The translations under genes were made by a program, and so were the position numbers. DNA of 61,896 nucleotides, filler included, from Bonamia ostreae (taxonomy: Eukaryota), in assembly GCA_040357525.1 (NCBI GenBank). It is 20 parts of 20 records of this genome, joined end to end, with 100 filler letters (N's around TTAATTAATTAA, not from the genome) between each part and the next. Parts side by side here need not be neighbours in the genome. Positions count along the whole stretch, not along the records: positions 1 to 3,029 come from JBDODL010000609.1; positions 3,130 to 6,156 come from JBDODL010000610.1; positions 6,257 to 9,273 come from JBDODL010000611.1; positions 9,374 to 12,389 come from JBDODL010000612.1; 16 more parts are not named here. One strand, written 5' to 3'. The notes beneath the pieces were generated by a model. It saw only the letters and a program-made list of their open reading frames with translations. It did no database searches and was not told the origin of the DNA. Shown one piece after another: positions 1 to 12,028 of the stretch (positions are counted from its first letter, which is position 1; every line of letters starts with the position of its first letter).

Positions 1-122
1 TATTGTTAGACAAAATAAATTGCTCTGGGAGAAATAACAAATTTAACAAATCTTTAAAGACGGGACAAAATAACAAATCTTTGAAATCAAATTTTAAAGT
101 TGTAAAAAAATTGGTAAAAAAA

Positions 123-1004
123 TCAACATTCAATTATTTTAAAATCGTTGTTTTCTGTAAATTTTTCGTTTTTCTTGATCAAATCAAATTTTGTAAATTT
201 GAGATAACCCGTTGGACAAATTTTGTCTTCCAAATTTCCTTTTTTAACAAAATTTACTTTTATCTCTTTCTTAAATATTGGACAATTTAATGTGATCGTT
301 TCATATTCACCGCCTTCGCCTATTCTGCTTATTTTCGATTTCTGTAAATTAAATTAAAAACGATCAAATCTAATTTGGGGATGTTTTGAACCACATCAAC
401 GCCCAAAAACTCGTTTGGATTCAAATCTGAACTTGCGGTTTTCACGATAATTGCTTCAACGTTGTTTTCTTTCAAACTTAGCAGCAATTTTGATGGTTCC
501 ATTCGCCACAAAAATTTTAGATGCTTCAAATTTAATCTTTCACATCTTGAAATTTTAATCGCATTTCAAAATTTTTGCAAAATTTAAATTGATCGTTAAT
601 TTATTCAATCGATAAATTATGTACATGTTATCTACTCTCGACGCCTGGTACTTTGAAAAAACAGCACCAGTAGAAATTGCAGCCAAATCGGGAATATCAA
701 ATTTTATTTTCTTTACCAATTCGAACAGATCTTCAACTTCGTCTCCCTCTTTAAAGGAATAATCTAATGTTGATAAAATCATTTCCCCTCTGATTTTTCT
801 TTTGTAGAGAGGAACGCCAATCGCTTCGCCGACGCTATTGATCAATCTGTGACCGACCGTCTGGTACATGTAACTGTCAATTTCGTCAGCGTCTTCCCGA
901 GGATACAAATTAGCGATTGCGACAAGTTCGTTGCCCCCTTTAATACTCAAAATCGCACCCAAAATCGAATCCTTTCCGCCGCTCAACAAAGCCGCGAATT
1001 TCAT
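123..1004 (-). CDS. DPH6: Diphthine-ammonia ligase
   Basis: MKFAALLSGGKDS, DSYMYQTVGH, EGDEVEDLFELV. Removing two GT-AG introns (one of 20 nt at 342-361) gives RVDNICERLNL...GEGGEYETITLNCPIF; TGA at 123-125. Confidence 0.92.
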
Positions 1005-1118
1005 AAAATTTAGCCAAAAAAACAAACAAACATATTCACTTTTTAATAAAGCTCTATTTAACCACAAAATAAACAAATAACAAACTGCAATACGATCCCG
1101 AAAAGTCCAAAAAGTCAT

Positions 1119-2352
1119 ATGGACGAAATTTTGAAAAACAAAAATTCGATAAAAGGGTTTGTAGATGGCTGGAGGAACAAAAGAAAACAAAGTCTCTTCG
1201 CGCAGCAAAATGAACAGCGCCAAGAAAAACTAGAAAAAATGCGAACTCTTTTCGCAACGCCTTTCAACAATCAAAACAATCAAAACAATAAAAACAATCA
1301 AAACAATAAAAACAACCAAAACAACCAAAACTCGAAAAAAAGCACGAACAGAATCGCAAAAGAAGGCAACAAGCACGTCTCCGAAGCCTTTATGGTATCC
1401 GAATGGATGCTCGACGTGCCCAAAGATCTTGGCACGGATTGGCTCGTCTATCCGCTCCCGACAGGCAGCCACTGCTTGGTAACCGCCTCAAACGGTGCCA
1501 CCTTCAGCCACCGTGTTTCGGGCCACCGATTCCAGCAGTTCTTTAAGTCATTGCTCCCCGGCGGCAATCCGGACAACCCGTCCCCCTTCACACAACTCGA
1601 TTGTATCTACAACCACGAAACAAGCACTTTTTTCGTGCGCGACTTGTTATATTGGAACTCGGTTTCGTTCGTAAACTGTGACGCGGAATTGCGTCTTTCG
1701 TGGATCCGGTCCAAATTGGCTGAAAAGCAGTACCAAAACGAGTCGAATCAAAACCGTTTTGCTTTTTGTGCAGCGCCAGTTTCCGATTGCTCCCCGACTA
1801 ACTTGAAAAGCGCCTATTTGTGGCCGGACAGCGACTATCGTCTCGCCGAATCGGTCGAGAGAGGTCTGAATCCAGAGGTCTTTGTTCGGGGACTATCGAG
1901 CAAAGAAAGTTCGGGGCGAATAGACAGAGACGGGTTGCAGTTCATACACAAAAACTCGATTTACGTGCAAGGCCCTAACGCTTTGTTGCTTAAATGGAAA
2001 GACAGCACTTCAAAATATTTCATTGACGACTGCGAGGAAAAGATAATTACGTTGAAGATCACAAAAAACAAAATTTACACGTTTGACAAAATTGAGGTTA
2101 TCAACGACAATTTGGGAGACAATTTGGAAGAGCAAATCGGTCGATTTAAATATGACCAAATTTTAATTCAAAGGACAAAGGAGACGAAGATTGCGGTGAA
2201 GTTTGAGAACCTCGTTTATTTGGGAGAGTCAAAAGTTTTAAAATTATTTTTAGAGGTCGAGAGCACAGTTACTGTCTAGAATAGTCTTTCAGTACCTTTC
2301 GCGTAAAAACGAAACGGCGTCTTTTACAAAATTGCTAAGTCTTGTTATGTGA
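1119..2352 (+). CDS. SNUPN: Snurportin-1 (m3G-cap snRNP import adaptor)
   Basis: FMVSEWMLDVPKDLGTDWLVYPLPTG, LDCIY, DGLQFIHK..YVQG. A 19-nt intron at 2235-2253 restores the C-terminal RSRAQLLSRIVFQY. N/Q microsatellite near 1266-1330. Confidence 0.88.
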
Positions 2353-2616
2353 CATAAACAACTTTCCGTCAAAACTTTTTGAAATTTTTTGTTAATATTT
2401 TGTACCATTTTTTGTACCATTTTTTTGTACCATTTGTTAATATTTTGTTAATATCAAAATGATTTTTTGGACCATTTTTATAAAAAAATTTTGTAAAATG
2501 TTTTAATATTTTCAATAAAAATGTTGTTTCTATTTAATTTATCTTTTTTGTTCTTTCTGTAAGTTCCACTTTGTTTTATCCAAAGTTAAAATTTAGCCTT
2601 TAGAAACTAATTGGAA

Positions 2617-3029
2617 ATGACGAAAACGAACAAACTGAAAAAGAAAATAAACAAAAAACTAAAAAGTGCACAATTTCGTCTTATAAACGAAAAGCTCTAT
2701 AAATCGACGAGTAAAGAAGCAAAAGAATTTTTTTCAAACCAAAACGAATCTTTCTCGATCGTTTATAAGACGATTTTCCAAATTAAATTTTCAAAATTTT
2801 CAAATATTCTTATTTATTGAATATGCGCAAAAAAAGTATCACGAAGGATTTGAGAATCAATTGAAAAAATGGCCAAATAAACCGTTAGACATCATATTTG
2901 ATTGGATTTGCTCTAAACATTCTTCATTAAAAATAGGCGATTTTGGCTGTGGGAAAGCTGAATTATATCAAAAATACAAAAAATATAAAAATGGTAAAAA
3001 ATGTTTTTTATTTGTTCATTCAAACTTTT
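2617..3029 (+). CDS. RRP8: rRNA-processing methyltransferase RRP8, 5' part (truncated by contig end)
   Basis: KLKSAQFRLINEKLYKSTS, intron 2761-2836, then YHEGFENQLKKWPNKPLD...IGDFGCG. Confidence 0.9.
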
Positions 3030-3129
3030 NNNNNNNNNNNNNNNNNNNNNNNNNNNNNNNNNNNNNNNNNNNNTTAATTAATTAANNNNNNNNNNNNNNN
3101 NNNNNNNNNNNNNNNNNNNNNNNNNNNNN
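3030..3129. other. Artificial contig linker (N44-TTAATTAATTAA-N44); first of 19 identical joins spaced about every 3.1 kb
   Basis: The same six-frame-stop linker flanked by Ns recurs, and contig lengths fall monotonically (3027, 3017, 3016 ... 2973). Confidence 0.98.
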
Positions 3130-3214
3130 CTTATTCACGTCATAAATACAAATGTTTGATTTAATTCAGAAAATGTAATTTGAACATTATAAATATGTTT
3201 ACATTTATCACAAA

Positions 3215-3465
3215 ATAAGAATATGTAACAAATAAAAAAGAAAATGTAACAAATAAAAAAAGAATATGTAACAAATAAAAAAAAGAATCTGCAACAAATA
3301 AAAAAAGAAAATGGAACAAATAAAAAAGAATATGTAACAAAGAAAAAAGAACATGTAACAAAGAAAAAAAGAATCTGCAACAAATAAAAAAAGAATATGT
3401 AACAAATAAAAAGAATATGTAACAAATAAAAAAAAGAAAATGTAACAAATAAAAAGAATATGTAT
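3215..3465. repeat. About 21-bp A-rich tandem minisatellite (AAAAAAGAATATGTAACAAAT), probably intronic
   Basis: Roughly a dozen imperfect copies are visible. It generates spurious F/L-rich ORFs. Confidence 0.85.
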
Positions 3466-3471
3466 GTATTG

Positions 3472-4798
3472 TTAAAGCTTTAAAGCTTTTGATGTGAAGC
3501 GTCGTCCTTTTCGAAAAAATTTAGAAATGGACGATAAGAGGGAGGAGAAAAAAAGTTTTCTCTTGCGCGTACAAGTATTTCTAAAACGAAAAATAAAACT
3601 CTTCAAAATCGAGATAAAGCCGTTCTGTTTCATCCAAAATATGTACGTCGTCATTTTCCCGGTTCAAATATTCGCTAATGATAACAAAATTTTTGTAATG
3701 CTCCTCAAGCCATTCTAACATTGATTGATTTGTAACAAAGTTTACTGTTTGATCAAAATAGTTCGAAAGTTTCCCGTTTCTGTCCTGTTGTTATAAAAAA
3801 TGTTAATGCAGAAAACGACAAAATAAAACTTTTTCTGAAGCCAACAATAAAAATTTTTGACACAATGCTATGGTCTTGAATTCCACGGGACCTATTTTAT
3901 CGACTCCACTCATGCAATTTTCTACCAAAACTGCAATCAAAGTTAATGGCATTTCAATCCCTTCTTCCAGTAACACAATTAATAGCTTGTAAATATGAAC
4001 GCCAGCAAAACAAATATCTTTTTGTGCCTCCAACAAAATGCTTCCGAAAAATTCAAATGTCTTATTCTCAGTCCATACTTTGTTCTCGGCACAGAACCGC
4101 AACATCTGAATTGCTTTCAAACGCAAAATTTTGTTTGTGCTCTTAAATAAATATTTCAACTTTATTTTATCAAAGATAAAACATAGTTCTTCATTAGTGT
4201 GATTTTTGTTCCATCAAAGCGTTGATAAGAGAAAAGTCTAACTAGAATCCGAATAGTCGTATTTTGAACATCAAGATTGTCGCCGGCGTTCTGTGCGATT
4301 TTTAGAACCTTTCTCAAATCATCGAGTATTTGGTCTGTTTGAAATTTTGTTTTTTTTATCTAACAATTTGACAAAATCGAGAAGAATTTTGATGATGAAT
4401 TTTGTGTGTCTAACGTTGTAGAGACGAGTGGGAATTTTGTACATAAATGTTGTGACGTAAAAGGGGGCAAAAGTTTTCAATTGTCTGATATCGACAAATT
4501 TATAGAACGTCTTTTTTGCTAAATGTATTATCTTTTTGTCACAGAAGAAAAAAATTGTTTCGAAGATAATAATTGTGTGATCTAAATGTTTCGGTGATAA
4601 AAGAGAGTTCAAGTTGTTATCAGAATAAAGTTTTTTGATTTTGTTTAATGTTGAAATAACAGTTTTTTTCTTTCGTAATGAATTTGCCATATCCAGTTTT
4701 TGAAACAGATCGTTGATTTTCTGTTCGATTTTTTTACTTTCTTCAGATTTGATTCTTGTTGATATTTTGACTGGCTTTTGATTGATAAAACAAGTCAT
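3472..4798 (-). CDS. Hypothetical multi-exon protein (helical-looking), 3' end unresolved
   Basis: Consecutive minus-strand ORFs 4319-4810 and 3803-4159 with intron-like breaks; no motif recognised. Confidence 0.45.
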
Positions 4799-4938
4799 TT
4801 GTAGCTGCAAATTTTAAAATTTCGGTTTTGGTGAAAATATATAAGGTAGTAACAATGTCAAGTACATTTGATCAATATTTTAGCAATGCCAAGCAATATT
4901 TTCCACATCATATCACAATAAAAATTCTGTAAATCCAA

Positions 4939-5822
4939 ATGTCTTTATTCTCAGTAGATCGCTTATACTCGACACAAACTAAGATTTCAGAAGATTTCAT
5001 ACAACCTTCCAACAGAAAAGATAGCGACGAGAGGATATCCAAAAACGTGGAGCCTGTTTGCTTTGAGGGGATAACAGAAAAACCATTTATCAGCTTTAGA
5101 CTCCCATTAAGTGTGTACTCGCTCTTCGTTATCGTTTATTTTTTAAATCAAAGTTGGGAATCGTTGAATTTCCTGAGAAATGGAAACGAGTGTATCACCA
5201 AGCTCAAATCATATTCATTTTTGTATTTAACCTTCTTCTCCAAACAGGATTCCTATGGTACATCGCTTATATAGTTCGCACTGGTTCTATCTCTTGCTAC
5301 GAAACGCCAAAGTTGTTACAAGTGCTGTGCGTTTTCTCTTACCTGATTATTTGCTGGGGCGACTTCAAAGAGAGTATAGATATGGCGATATATTTGTATT
5401 TTTTCCCTGTTGATGCGGCAGCTAGCATTCATGTCGGAGGAGAAAAGAAGAGTATGAGAGTTTACATGTCTCGGAAATCGAAAGTTGCAATCGTGATTAT
5501 GACAGTACTCCCCAAAGTAGCAATTGTCGTATTGCTAACTTTGTTCGGCTGTGGCATTGTACTTGAATCCAGCGATTCTGGTGCATTGGAGTTGCTGCAG
5601 AACGCGTTGGCAGTAGCTTTTGTAATGGAAATCGACGAAATCTTGTGTAGAAACCTAGTTCAAACATATTTGAAAGATATCATAGACGCCTTGCCGCGCG
5701 TTTGCTGGCAAGAAAAAGCTTCCGAAAAGGTATTGCGAAATTTTTTCTTAAATTTGATTTTTTGTGGTGCTTATTCCATTTTTATTTGGGTTTTGTACTG
5801 TTTTTGGCTTTTTTCAGATTAA
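4939..5822 (+). CDS. Hypothetical multi-pass membrane protein
   Basis: ORFs 4939-5274 and 5154-5822 join through a 20-nt intron at 5134-5153. Several hydrophobic segments and a NALAVAFVMEIDE motif. Confidence 0.7.
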
Positions 5823-6256
5823 ATTGTTTTCAATTTTTAATTATTTTGCGCCTATTTTCTCAAACTAGTTTTCAAACCATAAAAATTTTTATGTGCATTG
5901 TCTGCTCTGAAAGAATTGGCCTTCGTTTGGTAACAAATAAAAATTGTTAAAGTTACAAATTATCATCATTAAAAATGTTTAATATCACCTCTGCGAGTTA
6001 CAATAAATTTATTTTTAATCAAGGTGCTCATTGTTACAAAAAGATAAAATTCGCATTTATTCAACTTCGCCAAAAAGCTCGATCTCATCCGGGTTTTTTT
6101 TCAGACTCTCTTCCATTTCCGCCATCGGATTCGATTTCTTTTCTTCCCCCTTCGCANNNNNNNNNNNNNNNNNNNNNNNNNNNNNNNNNNNNNNNNNNNN
6201 TTAATTAATTAANNNNNNNNNNNNNNNNNNNNNNNNNNNNNNNNNNNNNNNNNNNN

Positions 6257-8525
6257 TTTCAAATAGATTTTCGTTTTGTCAAAACAAATTTCTTCAAATT
6301 CCAAATTTTGGTTAAAATTGGAAAAGTCTTTTTTGTCAGTTCTCATCTCAACAATCAAGCTATCCAAATTTTCTTTTCTAAAGAAGTTTTCCAAATTGGA
6401 TTTTATTCCCAAAATACTATTTTCTCTTTTTACATTTTTATTACTAAAATTAGCCAATTCATTGCGCAAATTTACACTTTCATAATCGGTCAAAGCTTTT
6501 TTCATGTCGTTTTTAGAGAAAGATCTAATTTTCGTCAAATTTTCCGATTCAATCTTTTCTCTTTTTTCCAAAAACTGTCTAAAACTGGCCAACTCAGTGA
6601 TGATTTTTTCAGAGTTTTTAATTTTTGTGGTTGAAAAGAACAAAAACAGATTTTGGTTGATCATAAAACTAGAAATCACGGAATTTTCTCCATTTTTTAA
6701 ATTTGGCTTGTCCAATTTTGGAATAATTGCAATTTGCGGAATGAAATATTTTATATAAATTAAATAAATATTTTCAGAGTGGATATTTTCAACCATTAAA
6801 TTCCGCAACTTTCATTAAATTTTCAATGGATTAGATCAAAATAATTAATTTTTAAAAATTCTTCGTTTTCGAAGATTATCGTTTTAATAATTAAAAAATG
6901 GCAAGTTTTTGAAACAAATTTTTAAAAATTTAAGATTCTAGAAAAAGAAAAAATTTGAGATTTCATAAAAACATTTCGAAAATAGTGATTTGTGTACAAA
7001 GGAATGCAAAAACAACAAACAACAATTAACATAAAAAATATTTTTCTAAATTTGGCGTCTTTTTCGAAAAAAATAGCCAAGTTTAGACATTTTTTGCTCA
7101 GTTTTTCGAATAATCGGATATTTTTAGTTTTAAAATTGTGTCTGAATTGCCATATCACCAACACTTTTAAAACGGAGAAGATTTTTTCCTTTTATAATTT
7201 GTGTGAATTTAGAAACCATTTCTTTTTGATTATACCTGTTTCTAAAGATAGTCAAACTATTACAATTCAAAATTTTTTTGACCAAATCGGATTTGAACAA
7301 ATAATAATCGGTCATTTCGTCCATTAAATTTGCAAAGATTGGAGAAAAATCGCCAAATTTTAAATCAAATTTGGCTAATTTGGGAAATCTAATTTAACAA
7401 AATTTAACATTGACAAATTATATCTTAGAAAAATATTGTTTTCAAATGCAAAATTTTTGTAAAGTTTGTTGGAATTCAGTAATGCTAAATTTGGGATTTT
7501 GGACATTATCCACATTATTTTTGTGTACTTATCTTTCCTAATTGTTTTGCTAAATTTGATTGCTACCGCAAACAACGATTCAACGAATTGTTTTTGTTGA
7601 CAAAAATCCATTTTTTGATAGATTTTGAGACTAAAATTAGCTTGGAAAAACAATATTGTCGCGAAGAATATTCTTTCACTTAGATTTTGGTCAAAATCGG
7701 TGATGCCAAAGAGAATATCTAGCCAAAAAATTAAAAAGTTTGGCAAATTTTCATATTTTGCCAAATTTGTAAATTTGGCGATTTCGTTATTGACGGAATA
7801 TGTGTGATTAAAGGAACTGTTCAAATACATTGCGTTATAACAGATTTGTAGAATTTTTCTGTTTTCGTAAATTTTACCTGGAAATCTGTTCAAGAAAACT
7901 AGCAGCACAAATGCAATTGAAATCGGCTGCAATTCAACAGTTTTTTGACTTTGCAACCATTTCTCAACAAAGTTGGAACATTTTCCAAACTTTGAAAATA
8001 TTCTTTGGCAGAAATTTGCCAATTGGTCTTCGATTTGCTCTGCCGAAAAATTATTTAATTCTCTGTTCATGTTCAATTTTATTAGAGACCTTTAAATTTT
8101 ATTTAATTTTTGCTGTTTCAAATTTTTGTAACCAGTGAATTTTGGCTATTATGTGCGACAAATTTGTAAAATGTTGCACAAAATTGTTTTTCGATTCTTT
8201 ACTAACATTTTCAATTGGCGAAAATATTTTCTCAACGAATTTGAGGAAAATATCCAAATTCCTCATTTCCTTAAATTGGCAATGAATTCGAAACTTTTAA
8301 ATTTGCGAAAAGGCTAAAATACGGATCAATTATTTTCGGAATTAATTTGAAAAAATTGAGTTGACATTTTTCAATTTCGCATTTCGATGAAATATTTTCG
8401 GTCTGATTTTTTAAAAACGAAGATATTTTTACTTTCGATTTTATTATTTTTTCTATTTTCGTGATGATGTTTTGACATTCACACATTCCTGTGTTATTTA
8501 AGGTTATGTCTTTTTTATATAACAA
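6257..8525 (-). CDS. Large hypothetical multi-exon protein (truncated)
   Basis: Series of minus-strand ORFs (8271-8525, 7375-8076, 7130-7324, 6209-6808); no motif recognised. Confidence 0.45.
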
Positions 8526-9067
8526 AATTATTTTAATGGCAAGTTAAAATTAATAAGATTATAGGAAAAAGGCCAAAACTTAATTTTTTAATCAAGTCGA
8601 TCTTCGTTTAGTAAAACTTAACTTATCGTTCTCATTACTATTTTTATATGTTCAATTTTGAACAAACATTAAATAGCAATTTTTTCAATCAAAAGATACA
8701 AGATTTACAAATTTATTAAATTTTATAAATATGCAAATGACAGTTCATTCATTCTATTAATTGTACAATTAATTGTTCCATTAAAATAAAAAAAGTTGAA
8801 GGGTTGATGGACCTGATTCCCTACAAAACAAATAAAAATTGAATGCAAAATTAATAAATAAAGAAAACATATTTTCTGTTAATATTTTTTCCAGTTCTCA
8901 GATATTAGTTTTTAAATACAACGTTGTTGGCGTATGTTAATAATTCAAATATTCAAAATGAATGGGTATTTATTATTAATAATTACATTCATGTTAATAC
9001 TTAAATGCACCAATATTGTTACAGTAAAGGACAAAAAATATTAATGCTGTTGCATTTATTCGTCTCA

Positions 9068-9273
9068 TTATTGGTTTCTACCACGATTTTCCATTTGGTA
9101 TATTGGAATTCTTCCATCGTTCTTTCCCATTTGCATATTCAAATCTGGTTGCCCAAAATTCATTGGCTGCATATTCAAATTCGGTTGACCAAAATTCATT
9201 GACTGCGTATTCAAATCCGGTTGCCCAAAATTCATTGGCTGCATATTCAAATTTGGTTGCCCAAAATTCATTG
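9068..9273 (-). CDS. C-terminus of a protein with tandem 12-aa repeats (QPMNFGQPNLNM)
   Basis: A 36-bp tandem repeat at about 9135-9273 is in an open frame ending in a stop at 9068. The contig ends inside the repeat. Confidence 0.55.
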
Positions 9274-9373
9274 NNNNNNNNNNNNNNNNNNNNNNNNNNN
9301 NNNNNNNNNNNNNNNNNTTAATTAATTAANNNNNNNNNNNNNNNNNNNNNNNNNNNNNNNNNNNNNNNNNNNN

Positions 9374-10427
9374 TCCATTCTGTTTACGTTTTCAAATCCT
9401 TCTTTTGTGACATCATTTCTTTCAGTTTTTCCAAAACTATCTTTACTGTTATCATCTGTTCCGTCTATTTTAATAAACTTTCCATTGATTCTGGGCCTTT
9501 TCTCGGCAAAAACTTTTCTCCTCGGATATTTTGTCACTCCGCTTTTGTTCAACGCAAACATTTTCTTTCTAAACTGTAAAATCATTCTTCTTCTCTTCTC
9601 AGACCCGTAAACTGTATCGTAAGTTTTATTACAATGCGCTCTGATTCTTTTGCATTTAAAGTTTTATTACCTTCTCAGATAAAGGTCTCGAAATTCTTTG
9701 TTGTCTTGTCTCAACAGATTTTCAGAAGGATTTATTTTCACAGAAGGATTCAAAGCAAAATTTTTCTCAAGGTGACGATTGTGCATAAAATTTTTCAGAT
9801 TCGGAATGTTCCCGTTGTTATTTGAAGGGATTCTGCAACTCTCTGTGATTCGCCGTTGTTTCAATAAGGTATTTTGACCGTCTTTTCTCAAAATTGGTTT
9901 ATTTTTTGACTCTTTAAAGCAAGTTTTGAAAAAGTTTGTGTTTCGTGCATTAAAATTTTGTTCGCAGTTCAATCTCTTATTTTTGTTGTTATTGTTGCCA
10001 AAATTCGGTTCAAAAGTCGATTGATTTCTAAACGGGCACTTGTTTGCAACGCCAAAAATATTGTTTTCGTTGTTATCGAAACCGAAAAAATTATCCAAAA
10101 ATTTAATGTTGCGATTTATAACGCTCTGCGAAATGGGTAAACTTGTTTTGGACGCTTCTAAAAATTTAATGTTGTAACGGTTTGAATCGAGAGAGCCGAG
10201 GCCAAACTCGGCAATTTTTCCGGTAAGTGGGATGATGTTGTCTTTCTTGGTGTCTGGAATGCATTTCGTACCAATGTCATCATTTATTTCCCGTAAAAGT
10301 TGAGTCTACATTTTATGTGAATTAAAGAAGTAACATTGAATGACTGATTGCTATTCTCCAAAGAAGAACAAATTTTGTTCTCCGTTTGATGCCGGTCAGT
10401 GGGATCACCCGAAAACAAATGATTCAT
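9374..10427 (-). CDS. CCT (CONSTANS/CO-like/TOC1)-motif protein, 3' truncated
   Basis: After removing 29-nt and 25-nt introns it reads YGSEKRRMILQFRKK...KYPRRKVFAEKRPRINGKFIK, matching the CCT consensus Y..RK.YAE.RPR.KGRF. Confidence 0.75.
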
Positions 10428-11388
10428 ATCAAAAGTTATAAAAACCATTAAATAAAAATATTGTTATCGCTTAAAGAATTGTGCCGGATATCAATCGAAT
10501 TTGATTCGCCAAATTTGCGACACAACTCCTTTTTTATTAATCGCGTTCTTTTTGCATTGTCACATCAAATTCATTTGTTGTTGTTACCTTTTCTATTAAA
10601 TTATGCAGATAACAAAACAACAAAGCAAGTTAAAGACGTCAAAGAAAAAATACTGGAATAAAAAGTTGTAACAGGGAACATAAAAAAAACGTTTGTATTC
10701 ATAGAAACATTAAAAAAATGTTTATGTTCATAGAAACATGAAATTTGATTTATAATGACGACGAAACTATAAATAATAAAAAGATTACTATTTCTAAACA
10801 TCTACATTTATTCTTTAGGAGCTGTAGTTTCACTTTCCAAGAAGCTTTTTTCGTGCATGGCACACTGGAATATTTGTGTGTCTAGATATCTTCTTCTTTG
10901 CATGCTCTAAAAGTCGAAAGTTTTAATCTTGCAACGTCTTCAAAGACATGAGAATAGATTTCATTTGATGTGAATCAATATTGATTCTTTGTTGTAACTT
11001 TTTCCAAAGTATAAAAAAGCTAATAGATTAATATTTTTGAAGAAGAAATCATTGATTTCAAAAACTTTTGAGACATAAATGTTACTTTTTGGTTTGTTAC
11101 AGCAAATTAACAATCGATGAAACACCTGAAATGTTATCTGCTTTTCTTCTTTTCTCTTTTTATTTTCTCTGTTTTGTCTTTGGTTCTGTGTTAAAATCGC
11201 CTAAAGTATCAAATCTCGTGTTGACCATATTTTTGAAGATTGGCGTAAAATTGGTTTGACCATATTTACAATTTGTATTTTTGTTAAACTAAAAATTTTG
11301 TTCGTTTGATTTGACGAAACTAAAGATTAAAATCTTTGTTGCTCCAGAATAATTTTAAAAAATGATAAACAAAAAATGATCATTTCAT

Positions 11389-11949
11389 TTAAACTAATTC
11401 CAATTTGGCTCCCGCTTTTTTCAGCTCCTCCATAAACTTCGTTCCCTCTTCTTTCTGCAAATCGCCTTTCAATGTACACGGCGCGGAGTCAACTAGATTT
11501 TTAGACTTTATTGTTTTTGTTGAAACTTCTTTGAGACCGAGCGAAAACAGTGATCTGACTACTTTGATCACACCGATTTTCTTCGCTGGCTCGAAGCCTT
11601 TTAACTTCAAAGTATAGCTTTTTGTGTCATCTTCTTCGCCTGTTCCTTCCACTTTTTTGGATTTATCGGCGGAAACGGGCTGTGCAAGCGAAACAGGAGG
11701 AGAGTTCAACGCGGAGTCGGGAATTTTCAATTTTGTTTTTAAAGAGTTCACAAAATGAGACATTTCCATAACGTTGAGTTTGCAAACATGATTCACTAGT
11801 TCTTCAACGTGCGAGTCAGATTCTAATTTGAAGTTTTTTTCTTCGATTGTTGTAGAAAAAGATTGCAATTTTACAAAATTGATTTGCAATTTTTTGTGTG
11901 CCCTTAACAATCTAAATCTGCGCAAATTATTAAATGAAATAGTGTTCAT
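11389..11949 (-). CDS. MRPL12: Mitochondrial ribosomal protein bL12 (L7/L12)
   Basis: Presequence-like N-terminus; KKIGVIKVVR...LGLKE|SKNLVDSAP...LKKAGAKLEL, with an in-frame 21-nt intron at 11506-11526. Confidence 0.92.
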   Translation of the reverse strand: MNTISFNNLRRFRLLRAHKKLQINFVKLQSFSTTIEEKNFKLESDSHVEELVNHVCKLNVMEMSHFVNSLKTKLKIPDSALNSPPVSLAQPVSADKSKKVEGTGEEDDTKSYTLKLKGFEPAKKIGVIKVVRSLFSLGLKEVSTKTIKSKNLVDSAPCTLKGDLQKEEGTKFMEELKKAGAKLELV

Positions 11950-12028
11950 TTGAACTTCCGAATTTAGGAATATTTTTAGTTCGCTGAGATATAGAAGTTT
12001 TAAACTTTCTGTTTAGCCATTAAGCAAA

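Noticed and set aside
3074-3085. TTAATTAATTAA recurring every 3.1 kb, resembling a periodic element or array
   Set aside because: It is a synthetic six-frame stop spacer embedded in Ns.
3135-3448. F/L/C-rich ORFs in several frames (also 46557-46874 and 24884-25162)
   Set aside because: These are translations of stop-poor T-rich tandem repeats, not genes.
9068-9585. The CCT gene appears to continue across the gap into the QPMNFG-repeat ORF on the same strand
   Set aside because: The gap is an artificial linker between length-sorted contigs, so adjacency is not evidence of linkage.
10601-11265. Possible gene downstream of MRPL12
   Set aside because: I could not build a consistent spliced frame or recognise any motif.
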